This document shows positions 1 to 9,329 of a stretch of 64,000 nt of DNA, in pieces. Position numbers and translations under genes: made by a program. This DNA is from an uncultured Pseudomonadota bacterium (GTDB taxonomy: Bacteria; Pseudomonadota; Alphaproteobacteria; JACZXZ01): contig CAVVLJ010000020.1 in NCBI GenBank assembly GCA_963749075.1, positions 352,001-416,000 on the forward strand, read 5' to 3'. The notes beneath the pieces are model-generated. The model made no database searches and was not told the origin of the DNA. It worked only from the letters and a program-made list of their open reading frames with translations. Every line of letters starts with the position of its first letter. The stretch's first letter is position 1.

Positions 1-1
1 T

Positions 2-904
2 TGTCTCAACTACCAGCTCTGGATGGGCGGCCTCACCGACCACATGACGCTCGAGGCGACGGGTGCCACCGTCGTTCCCTTCGGCGTCGGCGGCAGCGAG
101 CTTCTCGTGCGCACCATCCGCGAGCTCGGCATCACGGCGATCTGCTGCACGCCCTCCTATCCCGCGGTGCTCGAGCGCGTGATCGCCGAGCGCTTCCCTG
201 GCCTCAAACCCAGCGACCTCGGCCTCGAGCTAGCACTCTTCGGCGGCGAGGCCGGCCTCGACGACGCGAATTTCCGCGCGCGGCTCGAGACGGTTTGGGG
301 ATTTGCGGCGCGCAACGCCAACTACGGCGTCTCGGACGTGCTGTGCAATTTCGCCGGCCAGTGCGAGGCCCAGGGCGACCTCCATTTCGTGGCGCTCGAC
401 GCGCTCTATCCCGAGCTCATCGATCCGGCCACGGGCGAGCAGCACCCCTTCGCGGCGGGCGAGGAGGGCGAGCTGGTGCTGACCCACCTCGCCAAGGAAT
501 GCCAGCCCCTCGTGCGCTTCCGCACGGGCGACGTTGTCGTCCTCACTGCGAGCGAGCCTTGCGCCTGCGGGCGCACGGCGCCGCGCTTCCGCGTCATCGG
601 GCGCAGCGACGACATGGTGGTGGTGCGCGGCATCAACGTCTATCCGACCATGGTCGCGGCCGTGCTCGGCGCCTTCCCCGAGCTCTCGGGCGAATACCGC
701 ATCCGCCTCCCGCGCCGCGGGCCCCACGACCGTCTTCCGGTCGAGGCCGAGCTCGCCGCCGGGGCGCCCGACGGCGCCGCCCTCGCCGATGCGGTCGCCG
801 CGGCGATCAAGCGGGAGCTCGGCGTCAGCGCGGCGGTCACGCTCGCGCCGCCGCGCTCGCTGCCGCGCAACGAAGGCAAGACTCGGCGAGTCTTCAAGGA
901 GTAG
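2..904 (+). CDS. phenylacetate-CoA ligase family protein (5'-truncated by window edge)
   Basis: Frame is open from position 2 (CLNYQLWMGG). PaaK-like motifs: CCTPSY, GGEAG, YGVSDV, LVRFRTGD, IGRSDDMVVVRGINVYP, EGKTRRV. Confidence 0.85.
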   Translation, partial: CLNYQLWMGGLTDHMTLEATGATVVPFGVGGSELLVRTIRELGITAICCTPSYPAVLERVIAERFPGLKPSDLGLELALFGGEAGLDDANFRARLETVWGFAARNANYGVSDVLCNFAGQCEAQGDLHFVALDALYPELIDPATGEQHPFAAGEEGELVLTHLAKECQPLVRFRTGDVVVLTASEPCACGRTAPRFRVIGRSDDMVVVRGINVYPTMVAAVLGAFPELSGEYRIRLPRRGPHDRLPVEAELAAGAPDGAALADAVAAAIKRELGVSAAVTLAPPRSLPRNEGKTRRVFKE

Positions 905-907
905 GCG

Positions 908-1663
908 ATGGCCAACGCGGTCTTGAGTGAGCACCACGACGGGGTCTCCACGATCACGCTCAACCGCCCCGAGCGGCTCAATGCGATCAACCCCGCACTC
1001 CTCGCCGGCCTCCTTGCGGCCATGCGCGCGGCCAATGCCGATGAGGGGGTGCGGGCGGTCGTGCTGCGCGGCGCCGGTCGCGCCTTCTGCGCGGGCGACG
1101 ATCTCAAGGAATTCAGCGAGCAGAGCCGCTCGCCCGACGGGGCGCGCGCCTACGTCGAGGAGATCCAGGAGGTGACGCGCGCCATCTCGCTCGGCGGCAA
1201 GATGGTGATCGGCGCCATCCATGGCTGGGCCGTGGGCGGCGGGCTCGAATGGGTGATCAACTGCGACCTCGCCATCATGGCGGAGGGCACGCGCTGCTTC
1301 TTCCCGGAGATCGCCCTCGGCGTCTTCGTGACGGGCGGCGTCACCACGCTCCTCCCCAAGCTCGTCGGCCTCCAGAAGGCGCGCGAGCTCATCCTCTTCG
1401 GCGAGCGCTTCGACGCGCGCGCGGCACTCGCCATGGGGATCGCCTGGAAGGTGGTGCCGGAGACAGCGCTCCTCGCCGCGGCGGAGGAGACGGCGCGCCG
1501 CATCGCGAGCCTGCCGGCGGGTGCGGTGAGCGATCTCAAGCGCGTCTTGAACCGCGCTTGCGCTCTCGACCTCGAGGCGGCGATGGCGCTCGAGACCGAG
1601 GCGACCGTGCGCGGCTTCCTCGATCCCGAGACCGCCGCGCGCGTGGCGCGCTTCGGCAAGTAA
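908..1663 (+). CDS. enoyl-CoA hydratase/isomerase family protein
   Basis: Crotonase motifs ITLNRPERLNAI, FCAGDDL, AVGGGLE, FPEIALG. Starts 3 bp after the ligase stop. Confidence 0.9.
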   Translation: MANAVLSEHHDGVSTITLNRPERLNAINPALLAGLLAAMRAANADEGVRAVVLRGAGRAFCAGDDLKEFSEQSRSPDGARAYVEEIQEVTRAISLGGKMVIGAIHGWAVGGGLEWVINCDLAIMAEGTRCFFPEIALGVFVTGGVTTLLPKLVGLQKARELILFGERFDARAALAMGIAWKVVPETALLAAAEETARRIASLPAGAVSDLKRVLNRACALDLEAAMALETEATVRGFLDPETAARVARFGK

Positions 1664-1715
1664 CGCTGGGAAGTCCGAGCCATGGAGGGCTTCCGCGCCG
1701 CCGCCGCCGGAGGCT

Positions 1716-1745
1716 TGACCGCGCGGGCCTTACCCTGTTAGCTTC
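1716..1745 (+). promoter_or_regulatory. putative sigma-70 promoter
   Basis: TTGACC followed about 17 nt later by TTAGCT/TAGCTT, upstream of a leader and the ACT gene. Confidence 0.35.
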
Positions 1746-1853
1746 CCGCCATGAGCGAGCAGCTCCGCATTCGGCGAATTAGCACCCCGGCGCCCCTTGG
1801 GCTGCCGGGCCTTGGTGCTATTGCGTCCGCCCGTTTGCAGGAGTCTGCTTGCC

Positions 1854-2165
1854 ATGCTTGCCACCGCTGAATCCCGACAACATCCGAGCCAATCCCCCTC
1901 GCAGCCGACCGCCTGTTTCGCCGTCGAGGCGCGCGCCGAGCCTGGCGCGATGCCGCGCGTCCTCGAGCTCTTCGCCAAGCGCGGCCTGGTGCCGCGGCAC
2001 TGGCACAGCACGCTTCATGGCTCGGGCGGCGCCGAGCTCCACATCGACATCCAAGTCGAAGGGATGGCGCACGAGCTCGCCCAATATGTGGCGCGCTGTT
2101 TACGCCAGCTGCCCGACGTGGTCCTCGTGCTCATCTCCGAGAAGGGCTACGCCGGGCGCGACTGA
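1854..2165 (+). CDS. stand-alone ACT-domain protein (IlvM-like)
   Basis: ATG at 1854 after CAGGAG. FAVEARAEPGAMPRVLELFAKRGL is an ACT-fold pattern. Confidence 0.7.
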   Translation: MLATAESRQHPSQSPSQPTACFAVEARAEPGAMPRVLELFAKRGLVPRHWHSTLHGSGGAELHIDIQVEGMAHELAQYVARCLRQLPDVVLVLISEKGYAGRD

Positions 2166-2265
2166 GGGGGTGCCGCCGCCGGGCGATTGTCACGGAAGCG
2201 AGGTTGCGGCCGGCCGCGGATACCGCTAGAGGAGCGGCTCAGCAAAAGGGCCGGAGCCGCGTCCG

Positions 2266-3111
2266 TTGAGCTTTCTCGACCGCATCCGCGAATGCAACAG
2301 CCGCGACATGTCCCGCTTCCGCCCCTTCGTCGCGGGCGGCGAGCGCGTCGGCTGGCTCAAGGCGCCCTTCGTCCACGAGCTCGAGGCCTTCCCCAAGCTC
2401 TTCGCGGTGAGCGAGGAGCGCGTGGTGCTGGCGCCCGAGCTCGCGACCGCCGAGGCGCGGACTGCGGCGCTCGACGAGGCGCTGCGCCGGCTCGCCGAGC
2501 GCGGCGTCATCGAGGGCTGGCGCGAGGAGGTCTATCCGGTGACGCTGGCCTGGGGCGCCGCACCCATCATGCTGATGGAGCGCGCCGCCACGCCCTACTT
2601 CGGCGTGCGCGCCTATGGCGTGCACATGAACGGCTTCGTTGCCGAAGGCGAGCGCATCTCCATGTGGGTGGCGCGGCGCGCCCTTGACAAGCCCACCTAC
2701 CCGGGCATGCTCGACAACATGGTGGCGGGCGGCCAGCCGGCCGGCATCTCGCTCGCGGACAATCTCGCCAAGGAATGCCACGAGGAGGCCAACATCCCGG
2801 ATTGGCTCGCGCGGCGTGCCGTGCCAACCGGTGCCGTCACCTACGCCATGGAGACGCCCGAGGGCCTCAAGCCCGACGTGCAGTTCGTCTACGACCTCGC
2901 CGTGCCGGCCGATTTCACGCCGCGGGCGCGCGACGGCGAGATCCACGAATTCATGCTGTGGCCCATCGAGCGGGTGATGGAGGTGGTGGACGGCAGCGCC
3001 GAGTTCAAGTTCAACTGCAACCTCGTCATCATCCACTTCCTCGTGCAGCACGGCCTCATTCCGCCCGAGCACCCGGACTACCTCGCGATCGTCAAGGGCC
3101 TGCACCAGTAG
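2266..3111 (+). CDS. NUDIX hydrolase, DUF4743 type
   Basis: GWREEVYPV, ERAATPYFGVRAYGVHMNG, PGMLDNMVAGG, KECHEEA Nudix box, FKFNCNLV. Confidence 0.85.
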   Translation: MSFLDRIRECNSRDMSRFRPFVAGGERVGWLKAPFVHELEAFPKLFAVSEERVVLAPELATAEARTAALDEALRRLAERGVIEGWREEVYPVTLAWGAAPIMLMERAATPYFGVRAYGVHMNGFVAEGERISMWVARRALDKPTYPGMLDNMVAGGQPAGISLADNLAKECHEEANIPDWLARRAVPTGAVTYAMETPEGLKPDVQFVYDLAVPADFTPRARDGEIHEFMLWPIERVMEVVDGSAEFKFNCNLVIIHFLVQHGLIPPEHPDYLAIVKGLHQ

Positions 3112-3146
3112 GGCGCGCAAGTATCTGGCCCATCGGCGCGTGGCGG

Positions 3147-3245
3147 ACCCCCCTCCCTCCCCTCCCCCTCAAGGGGGGAGGGGAGCTCTGAGCGGGCTCG
3201 ATTATTTCCCCCTCCCCCTTGAAGGGGGAGGGTTGGGGTGGGGGT
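3147..3245. repeat. about 100-bp palindromic MITE/REP-like element, family A copy 1
   Basis: Two inverted halves, each with a CCCTCCCCC-TCAA-GGGGG(G)AGGG hairpin. Same structure at 15227 and 32797. Confidence 0.8.
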
Positions 3246-3271
3246 GGCGCGTAAATTGGCGAGAGCTGGCC

Positions 3272-4138
3272 CTAATCCGGAAATCCCGCGAGCGCCCGGA
3301 CCTCCGCGGGGCTCTTGCCTGCTTCGCGCAAGGCGGCGAGCGTTGGTGCGCCCTCGCGCTTGGCGAGGCGCCGGCCGCTTGTGTCCTCGAGCAGCGCGTG
3401 GTGGCAATAGTCCGGCACCGCGAGGCCGAGAAGGGCCTGGAGGAGCCGGTGCACGTGGGTGGCGGCAAAGAGGTCCTCGCCGCGCGTCACCAGCGTCACT
3501 CCCTGGAGATGGTCGTCGAGAGTCACCGCGAGATGGTAGCTCGTGCCGAGCTCCTTCCTCGCCAGCACCACGTCGCCGTGGCTCTCGGGTGCTGCGCGCA
3601 CCTGGCCGCGGCCGCGGTCGTGCCAGGCGAGCGGACCCGCGGCAGCGATTGCCGCCGCCATGTCGAGGCGGAGTGCGTAAGGGCTGCCGGCGGCGATGCG
3701 CGCGCTTCGCTCGGAAAGTGGGAGGCGGCGGCAGGTGCCGGGATAGAGCGGGCCCTCGGCGCCATGGGGCGCTGCTGCGGCGCGCGCGATCTCGGCTGCG
3801 ATCTCCGCCCGCGTGCAGAAGCAGGGATAAAGGAGGCCCATGCCATCGAGCTCGCGCAGCGCCGTGGCGTAGTCCGCCATATGCTCGGACTGGCGGCGCA
3901 CCGGTTCCTCCCAGGCGAGGCCGAGCCAGGCGAGGTCCGCGAGGATGGCGTCCTCGAACTCCTTGCGCGCGCGCGCGCGGTCGATGTCCTCGATGCGGAG
4001 GAGGAAACGGCCGCCCGCCTCGCGTGCAGCGGCCGCGGCGAAGAGGGCGGCATAAGCGTGGCCGAGGTGGAGGCGGCCGGTCGGGCTCGGGGCGAAGCGG
4101 GTTACCACGGCAGGGCCGCTCATCATGGCGCTCGTCAT
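3272..4138 (-). CDS. gluQ: glutamyl-Q tRNA(Asp) synthetase
   Basis: TRFAPSPTGRLHLGH, LRIEDID, YPCFCTR, VTRGEDL, RLAKR. Short protein lacking the anticodon-binding domain. Confidence 0.92.
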   Translation of the reverse strand: MTSAMMSGPAVVTRFAPSPTGRLHLGHAYAALFAAAAAREAGGRFLLRIEDIDRARARKEFEDAILADLAWLGLAWEEPVRRQSEHMADYATALRELDGMGLLYPCFCTRAEIAAEIARAAAAPHGAEGPLYPGTCRRLPLSERSARIAAGSPYALRLDMAAAIAAAGPLAWHDRGRGQVRAAPESHGDVVLARKELGTSYHLAVTLDDHLQGVTLVTRGEDLFAATHVHRLLQALLGLAVPDYCHHALLEDTSGRRLAKREGAPTLAALREAGKSPAEVRALAGFPD

Positions 4139-4193
4139 GGCGCTGGCAGTACGCCAAAGTTTCCGCTAAGGGAAGATGCGCGCGGAGCCGGGA

Positions 4194-4817
4194 ATGACGC
4201 AGCGATTGAGCCGCAGGATGCTGGAGGAAGCGCTCGCCGAGCTCGGCCGGCGCGACCCCGATCTTGCGCGCGCGCACCGCGAGGCGGGCACGCCCAACTT
4301 GCGCCGGCGCGAGCCGGGCTTCGCCGCCCTGCTCGACATCATCTTGGCGCAGCAGCTCTCGGCCGCCTCGGCCAATGCGATCAAGGGGCGCCTCCTGGCA
4401 CTCGCCGGGCCGCCCACGCCTGCGGGCTTCCTCGCCCTCGACGACGGGCAGTTGCGCGCCATCGGCTTCAGCCGCCAGAAGATCCTCTACGGCCGCGGCC
4501 TCGCCGAGGCGATCGCCGGCGGCGGGCTCGATCTCGCGCGCATCCACCGCATGGCGGACGAGGAGGCGATCGCCGCCATCACCGAGCTCAAGGGCCTGGG
4601 GCGCTGGAGTGCCGAGGTCTATCTCCTCTTCGCCATGCGGCGCCCCGACATCTGGCCGGTCGACGATCTCGCCGTCGTGGTCGCGGTGCAGCGCTTGAAG
4701 GGATTGAGGAAGCGCCCCGACCGCAAGCGCATGCTCGCGATAGCCGAGCCGTGGCGGCCGTGGCGCAGCTATGCGGCGCGGCTCATGTGGCACTACTACC
4801 GCAACGCGCCCGCTTGA
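4194..4817 (+). CDS. DNA-3-methyladenine glycosylase II family (AlkA, HhH-GPD)
   Basis: ILAQQLS, LKGLGRWSAEVYLLF, WPVDDL, WRPWRSYAA. Confidence 0.88.
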   Translation: MTQRLSRRMLEEALAELGRRDPDLARAHREAGTPNLRRREPGFAALLDIILAQQLSAASANAIKGRLLALAGPPTPAGFLALDDGQLRAIGFSRQKILYGRGLAEAIAGGGLDLARIHRMADEEAIAAITELKGLGRWSAEVYLLFAMRRPDIWPVDDLAVVVAVQRLKGLRKRPDRKRMLAIAEPWRPWRSYAARLMWHYYRNAPA

Positions 4818-4841
4818 GCGCCGGGAAGGACGACGCGAGCG

Positions 4842-5510
4842 ATGCCCGATCTTTTCGCGCTGAGCGGCCCGGGCTTTCCCCCGCTCGCGGGCGGCAAGGC
4901 CGCGGCACTCGTCATCCTGCTGCACGGCTGGGGGGCCAACGGCAACGACCTCATCGGCCTCGCGCCCCATTGGGCGCCGGCACTGCCGCACGCGGAGTTC
5001 CTCTCCCCGCACGGGCCCTTTCCTTGCGACATGGGCTTCGGCCGCCAATGGTTCAGCCTCGCCGACCGCTCGCCCGAGCGCATCATGGCGGGCGTGCGCG
5101 CGAGCGTGCCGGCGCTCGAGGGCTTCATCGACGAGGAGCTCGCGAAGCGCGGGCTCGAGGAGGACCGCCTGGCGCTCGTCGGCTTCTCCCAGGGCACCAT
5201 GATGGCGCTCTACGTGGCGCTCAGGCGCGCCAAGCAGCTGGCCGGCGTGCTCGGCTACTCGGGCCGGCTCATCGGCGGCCCGGCACTCGCGGGCGAGCTC
5301 GCCTCGCGGCCGCCCGTCCTCCTCATCCACGGCACGGCCAACGAGATGATCCCCATCGCCGCCATGCGCGAGGCGAAGCAACTGCTCGAGGCGCTCGGCG
5401 TGCCGGTCGAGGCGCACGAGCGCCCGGGCCTCGGCCACGGCATCGACGAGTTCGGCCTTGCGGCCGGCGGGCGCTTCCTCGCCAAGGTCCTGCCGGCGGC
5501 GCCGGGGTAG
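4842..5510 (+). CDS. phospholipase/carboxylesterase (alpha/beta hydrolase)
   Basis: LLHGWG, GFSQG nucleophile elbow, LIHGT, GHGID. Confidence 0.88.
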   Translation: MPDLFALSGPGFPPLAGGKAAALVILLHGWGANGNDLIGLAPHWAPALPHAEFLSPHGPFPCDMGFGRQWFSLADRSPERIMAGVRASVPALEGFIDEELAKRGLEEDRLALVGFSQGTMMALYVALRRAKQLAGVLGYSGRLIGGPALAGELASRPPVLLIHGTANEMIPIAAMREAKQLLEALGVPVEAHERPGLGHGIDEFGLAAGGRFLAKVLPAAPG

Positions 5511-5534
5511 GTTTTCGCCAGGCAATATCCGTAT

Positions 5535-6395
5535 CTACGCCTTGACGTTGAAGCGCCGTTCCAGCCGGGCCGTCCAGCGCGCGATCGGATAGCAGTAGAC
5601 GAAGAACATGAGGAGCAGCATCGCATACATCGGGATGAAGAGCTCGGTGCGGCCGTCCGCCACGAGCGCCTGCTCCGTCGTGGCAACCGCCTCCTGGACG
5701 CCGACGACGGAGATGAGGGAGGTCGCCATGGTCAGGATGGCATAGAGGTTCATCCAAGGCGGAATCATGCGCCTGATCGCCTGGGGAATGACGACCATCC
5801 ACAGCGTCTGACGGCGGTTCAGGGCCAGCGACTGGGCCGACTCCCACTGGCCATAGGGGATCGACGTGATGCCGCCGCGCATGATCTCGGAGACGTTGGC
5901 CATCACCGGAAGCGACAGGCCGATGATGGCCTTGAACCAGCCGGGAATCGGAATCTGCTGCCCCATGACCGTGAGCGAGAACGGGATGAGGAACATGACG
6001 TAGAAGAGCAGGACGAGCCAAGGCGCGTTGCGGAAGAACTGCGTCGCGAGCCAGGCCCCGTGGCGGAGCGGCCGGATGAGCGAGAGCTGCGCCAGCCCCA
6101 GCGCGACGCCGGCCGCCGATCCGATCAGCATGGCGAAGACGCTCACGAGCAGGTTGAAGAGGAAGTGCTCGAAGATCAGCGGCGCCCATCGCGCGAGCGT
6201 CATGACGATTCCCGGCGCGGCACTTCCGTTCGCCGCTTCGGCGGCCAGCACCGACGAGCAGAAGATCGCGAAGATCGCCGCAAGCATCCAGGCGCTCGGC
6301 CGGAATGCCGGGAGACCCGCCCGGCCGGCGGCGAGGCGGGCGGTCGGCGCTCGGATGCCGGCGGCAGGGGCCGGCTGCGATGCCGGGCGCCTCAA
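5535..6395 (-). CDS. polar amino acid ABC transporter permease
   Basis: FFRNAPWLVLL, SEIMRGGI, GQWESAQSL (EAA loop). GTGA/TTGA-type overlap with the upstream permease. Confidence 0.85.
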   Translation of the reverse strand: MRRPASQPAPAAGIRAPTARLAAGRAGLPAFRPSAWMLAAIFAIFCSSVLAAEAANGSAAPGIVMTLARWAPLIFEHFLFNLLVSVFAMLIGSAAGVALGLAQLSLIRPLRHGAWLATQFFRNAPWLVLLFYVMFLIPFSLTVMGQQIPIPGWFKAIIGLSLPVMANVSEIMRGGITSIPYGQWESAQSLALNRRQTLWMVVIPQAIRRMIPPWMNLYAILTMATSLISVVGVQEAVATTEQALVADGRTELFIPMYAMLLLMFFVYCYPIARWTARLERRFNVKA

Positions 6396-7138
6396 GCGTT
6401 ATAGCCCGGTATGTGCAGCGCACGCTCGATCCGCCGCATGATGAGGACCACGACGCTTACCAGGAGGATGTAGGTGACGAGCAGGACATTCATCATCTCG
6501 CGGACGTTCAGCGTCTCCGACCAGATCTGCGCGGACGCGTAAAGCAGCTCGGGAACCGCGATGGCATAGGCCAGCGTGGTCGTCTTCACGAGGTTGACGA
6601 GATTGTTGTTGAAAGCCGGCAGGCAGATGCGGAACCCGAGCGGCATCGCGACATGGACATAGATGCCCAGCCGCGTATAGCCGAGCGATTCTGCCGCCTC
6701 CCGCGTCGCCAGCGGTACCGCCTCGATGCCGGAGCGGAAAATCTCGATGTTGAAAGCGCCGCCGTAGAGCGAGAGCGCGATGATCGCCCAGCCGATGTTG
6801 TCGACGAGGGGCACCGAGATGCGCCCTCCGGCGGCGATGCTCGGCATGATCGAGCCGATTGCGAAAAAGAAGAAGAGAAGCTGGACGAGCGGCGGGGTAT
6901 TGCGGACGACGTGGATGTAGCCCTGCACGGCCGCGCGGACGACGGGCGAGCGGGCGCCCTGCAGCCAGCACCCGACGAGGCCGATGAGCGTGCTGACGGT
7001 GATGCAGACGACCGAGAGATAGACCGTCGTCCACAGGCCTTCGAGGAAGCGGCTCTCGTCGTAGGGGTCGTAGAAGATCGAGAAGTTCAGGCCATAGGAC
7101 TCATTGAGCCATCTGAAAAACTCGCTGATCGGGGACAT
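6392..7138 (-). CDS. polar amino acid ABC transporter permease
   Basis: RNTPPLVQLLFF, EIFRSGIEAV, EAAESLG, LVKTTTLA. Confidence 0.9.
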   Translation of the reverse strand: MSPISEFFRWLNESYGLNFSIFYDPYDESRFLEGLWTTVYLSVVCITVSTLIGLVGCWLQGARSPVVRAAVQGYIHVVRNTPPLVQLLFFFFAIGSIMPSIAAGGRISVPLVDNIGWAIIALSLYGGAFNIEIFRSGIEAVPLATREAAESLGYTRLGIYVHVAMPLGFRICLPAFNNNLVNLVKTTTLAYAIAVPELLYASAQIWSETLNVREMMNVLLVTYILLVSVVVLIMRRIERALHIPGYNA

Positions 7139-7211
7139 CGCGCAGCACTGCCAAAATCATCGCGCCAATCTGCCGAGTCCGCGGGCCGCAGCAAACGGGG
7201 AGCGCCTCTCC

Positions 7212-7272
7212 CGTCACCCCCGCGAAAGCGGGGGTCCAGAGCCGCCGGATTCCCGCTTTCGCGGGAATGACG
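7212..7272. repeat. RPE-like short palindromic element
   Basis: CGTCACCCCCGCGAAAGCGGGGGTCCA...GGATTCCCGCTTTCGCGGGAATGACG: two hairpins inside a terminal inverted repeat, lying between the binding-protein and permease genes. Confidence 0.75.
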
Positions 7273-7307
7273 ACCGGAGCGGCGATTCCGCTTGAGCGGG
7301 AACCGCT

Positions 7308-8135
7308 CTAGCTGGACTTGTATTTCTCGTGCATCTCTTCGAGGAACGGGCTCGGCTTCATCTTCCACTTGCGCTCGAGCTCGATCAAGGTCCCCTTCTT
7401 GTGCCACTCGACGCTCACGGCCCTGAGGAACTTGCCGAAAGGCCCGTCGAGGTCGCCGAGCCGGACGCCGATCGCCCATGGCTGCGGGTCCTCGCTCACG
7501 AAGGGCATCTCGTAATCCGCCCAATTCGGGTCGCCGCTCGAGAGCGTCGATTCGATGAGCGTGTCATCGAAGAGGAAGGCCAGGCAGTTGCCGTTCTGCA
7601 GGGCCTTCATTGCCGAGGGCAGGTCCGGGAAGACCACGAGCTCGGGCGAATACAGCGTCGTCACGCGCCTGTTGTAGTAGGCGCCCTCGACGGCACAGAC
7701 CTTCTGTCCCTTGAGATCCGACCACTTCTTCAGCTTGGCGGACTTCGGCGCCAGGACGTTGGTGGCGCCGGCGAAGTAGTTCGGCACGATCATTCCCACG
7801 ACCTTGCGCCGGTCCGGCGTATCGCCCATGGTCGCAAGGATCATGTCGATGCGCCCCTGGTTGAGGAACTCCATGCGGTTCGCACCGGTGACGGGCACCT
7901 TCTCGAGCTTGACGCCCAGGCGGTTGGCGATGTCCTGCGCCAGGTCGATCTCGAACCCGACGATATTGCCGCTGGGGTCGAGGTAGCCCCAGGGCCGGTA
8001 GTCCGGCTTGACGCCGACGACGATCTTTCCGTGCTGCTTGATCGCGGCGAGGGTGTCCTCGGCGGAGGCGCTGCCCGGGCCGCCCGAAAAGAGCCATGCC
8101 AACGACAGGAGCAATACCAGATACCGACGCTTCAT
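7308..8135 (-). CDS. amino acid ABC transporter substrate-binding protein (family 3)
   Basis: Signal peptide, VGVKPDYRPWGY, GFEIDLA, NRMEFLNQGRID. Confidence 0.9.
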   Translation of the reverse strand: MKRRYLVLLLSLAWLFSGGPGSASAEDTLAAIKQHGKIVVGVKPDYRPWGYLDPSGNIVGFEIDLAQDIANRLGVKLEKVPVTGANRMEFLNQGRIDMILATMGDTPDRRKVVGMIVPNYFAGATNVLAPKSAKLKKWSDLKGQKVCAVEGAYYNRRVTTLYSPELVVFPDLPSAMKALQNGNCLAFLFDDTLIESTLSSGDPNWADYEMPFVSEDPQPWAIGVRLGDLDGPFGKFLRAVSVEWHKKGTLIELERKWKMKPSPFLEEMHEKYKSS

Positions 8136-8156
8136 GTCCCGACCTCCTTCAATCCA

Positions 8157-9168
8157 TCACTTCTGGCGGTAGATCAGCCGCGGCCGCGCGGCCGGTACGG
8201 GTGCAGCACCTGCAGGGCGCTCGACGATCATCATATTCGCGGCAAAGGGCAGCTGACGCCGCACCGCCGGCACGACATGCTCCTCGAGCGTGTCCCAGGC
8301 GATGCGCGCGACGCATTCCGCCAACTCGTCGTACTCGCCGCGCCGATGGATGAGCACGACGTGACGGGAGAACTCGAAGCCTGGCAGCGGAAGCAGCAGA
8401 AGCTGAGCCATGTCCGGCCGACCATGCACGACGCACAGGGGAGTCGTGATCGCCCAGCCGACGCCCGCCGCGACCATGGCAAGCAGCGACTCCGACGAGT
8501 CCATCTCGACGCGGCGATGCGGCCTGAGCCCGATCCTGCGCAAGTGCCGCTCGATCTGGATGCCGATGTGCGAACGGGAGGAGTAGCGGATCATCGGGCC
8601 GGCTTCGGCGAGCGCCTCGAAGCTCGCGCCGTGCGCCGTGCTTGCCATCGCCTTCGGCACGGCCAGAACGAAGGGTTCGCGCAGGAGCGGCACCTGACGC
8701 AAGCCGTCAACGTCCTCGATCTCTTCCGCGCAGATCACCAGATCGACGTTGCGGCTGAGGAAATCCTGGCTCAGCCGGGCCGTCAGGCCCGACCAAAGCA
8801 TCAGGTTCTCGACCTTTGCCATGAACATGCGGGCGACATGGGGCCCGACCGTGCCGGCAATGGAGTCGATCAGGCCGATGCGCAGCTCCGGGATGGTGGC
8901 CGCACTGCGGGTGGCGGCCACAAGCTGCTCCGCCTCCTCGATGATGTGCTCGGCGCGATGCGTCAGCACGACGCCGCTCGCGGTCAGGCGAAGCGGCCGG
9001 CGCGTGCGGTCGAAGAGCGGCGTGCCGACTTCGCGTTCGATCTGATGGACGACCTGGGAAACGGCGGATTGGGTCAAGCCCAGGAACCTCGCCGCATCCG
9101 TCATGCTGCCTCTCGCGGCGACGGCCGAGAGAATTCTGAGAGCCCTCAGAATCCAACGACGAGCGCAT
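8157..9168 (-). CDS. LysR family regulator with apparent +1 frameshift after codon 6
   Basis: HTH GSMTDAARFLGLTQSAVSQ...LFDR. ATG at 9168 reads MRSSLD, then one extra T, then LRALRILSAV in the long frame. Confidence 0.8.
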
Positions 9169-9329
9169 GGCGCCGTTACGATCTCCCACGACGAGCGGCG
9201 AATTCGCCGCCGCATCCTACCGGTCCGCTGCCGGCGCGCCAAAATGGGCGTGCCCCTACCAGAAAATCTAATCAATGATAGTGGCAAACCTAATGATGTG
9301 TCACCCCGCCGGCGCGCCGGGACGCAAGA

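Noticed and set aside
3078-5545. Long ORFs of 815 and 801 aa, and many similar overlapping ORFs across the window
   Set aside because: These are antisense or off-frame shadows of clear genes in high-GC DNA, with no motifs.
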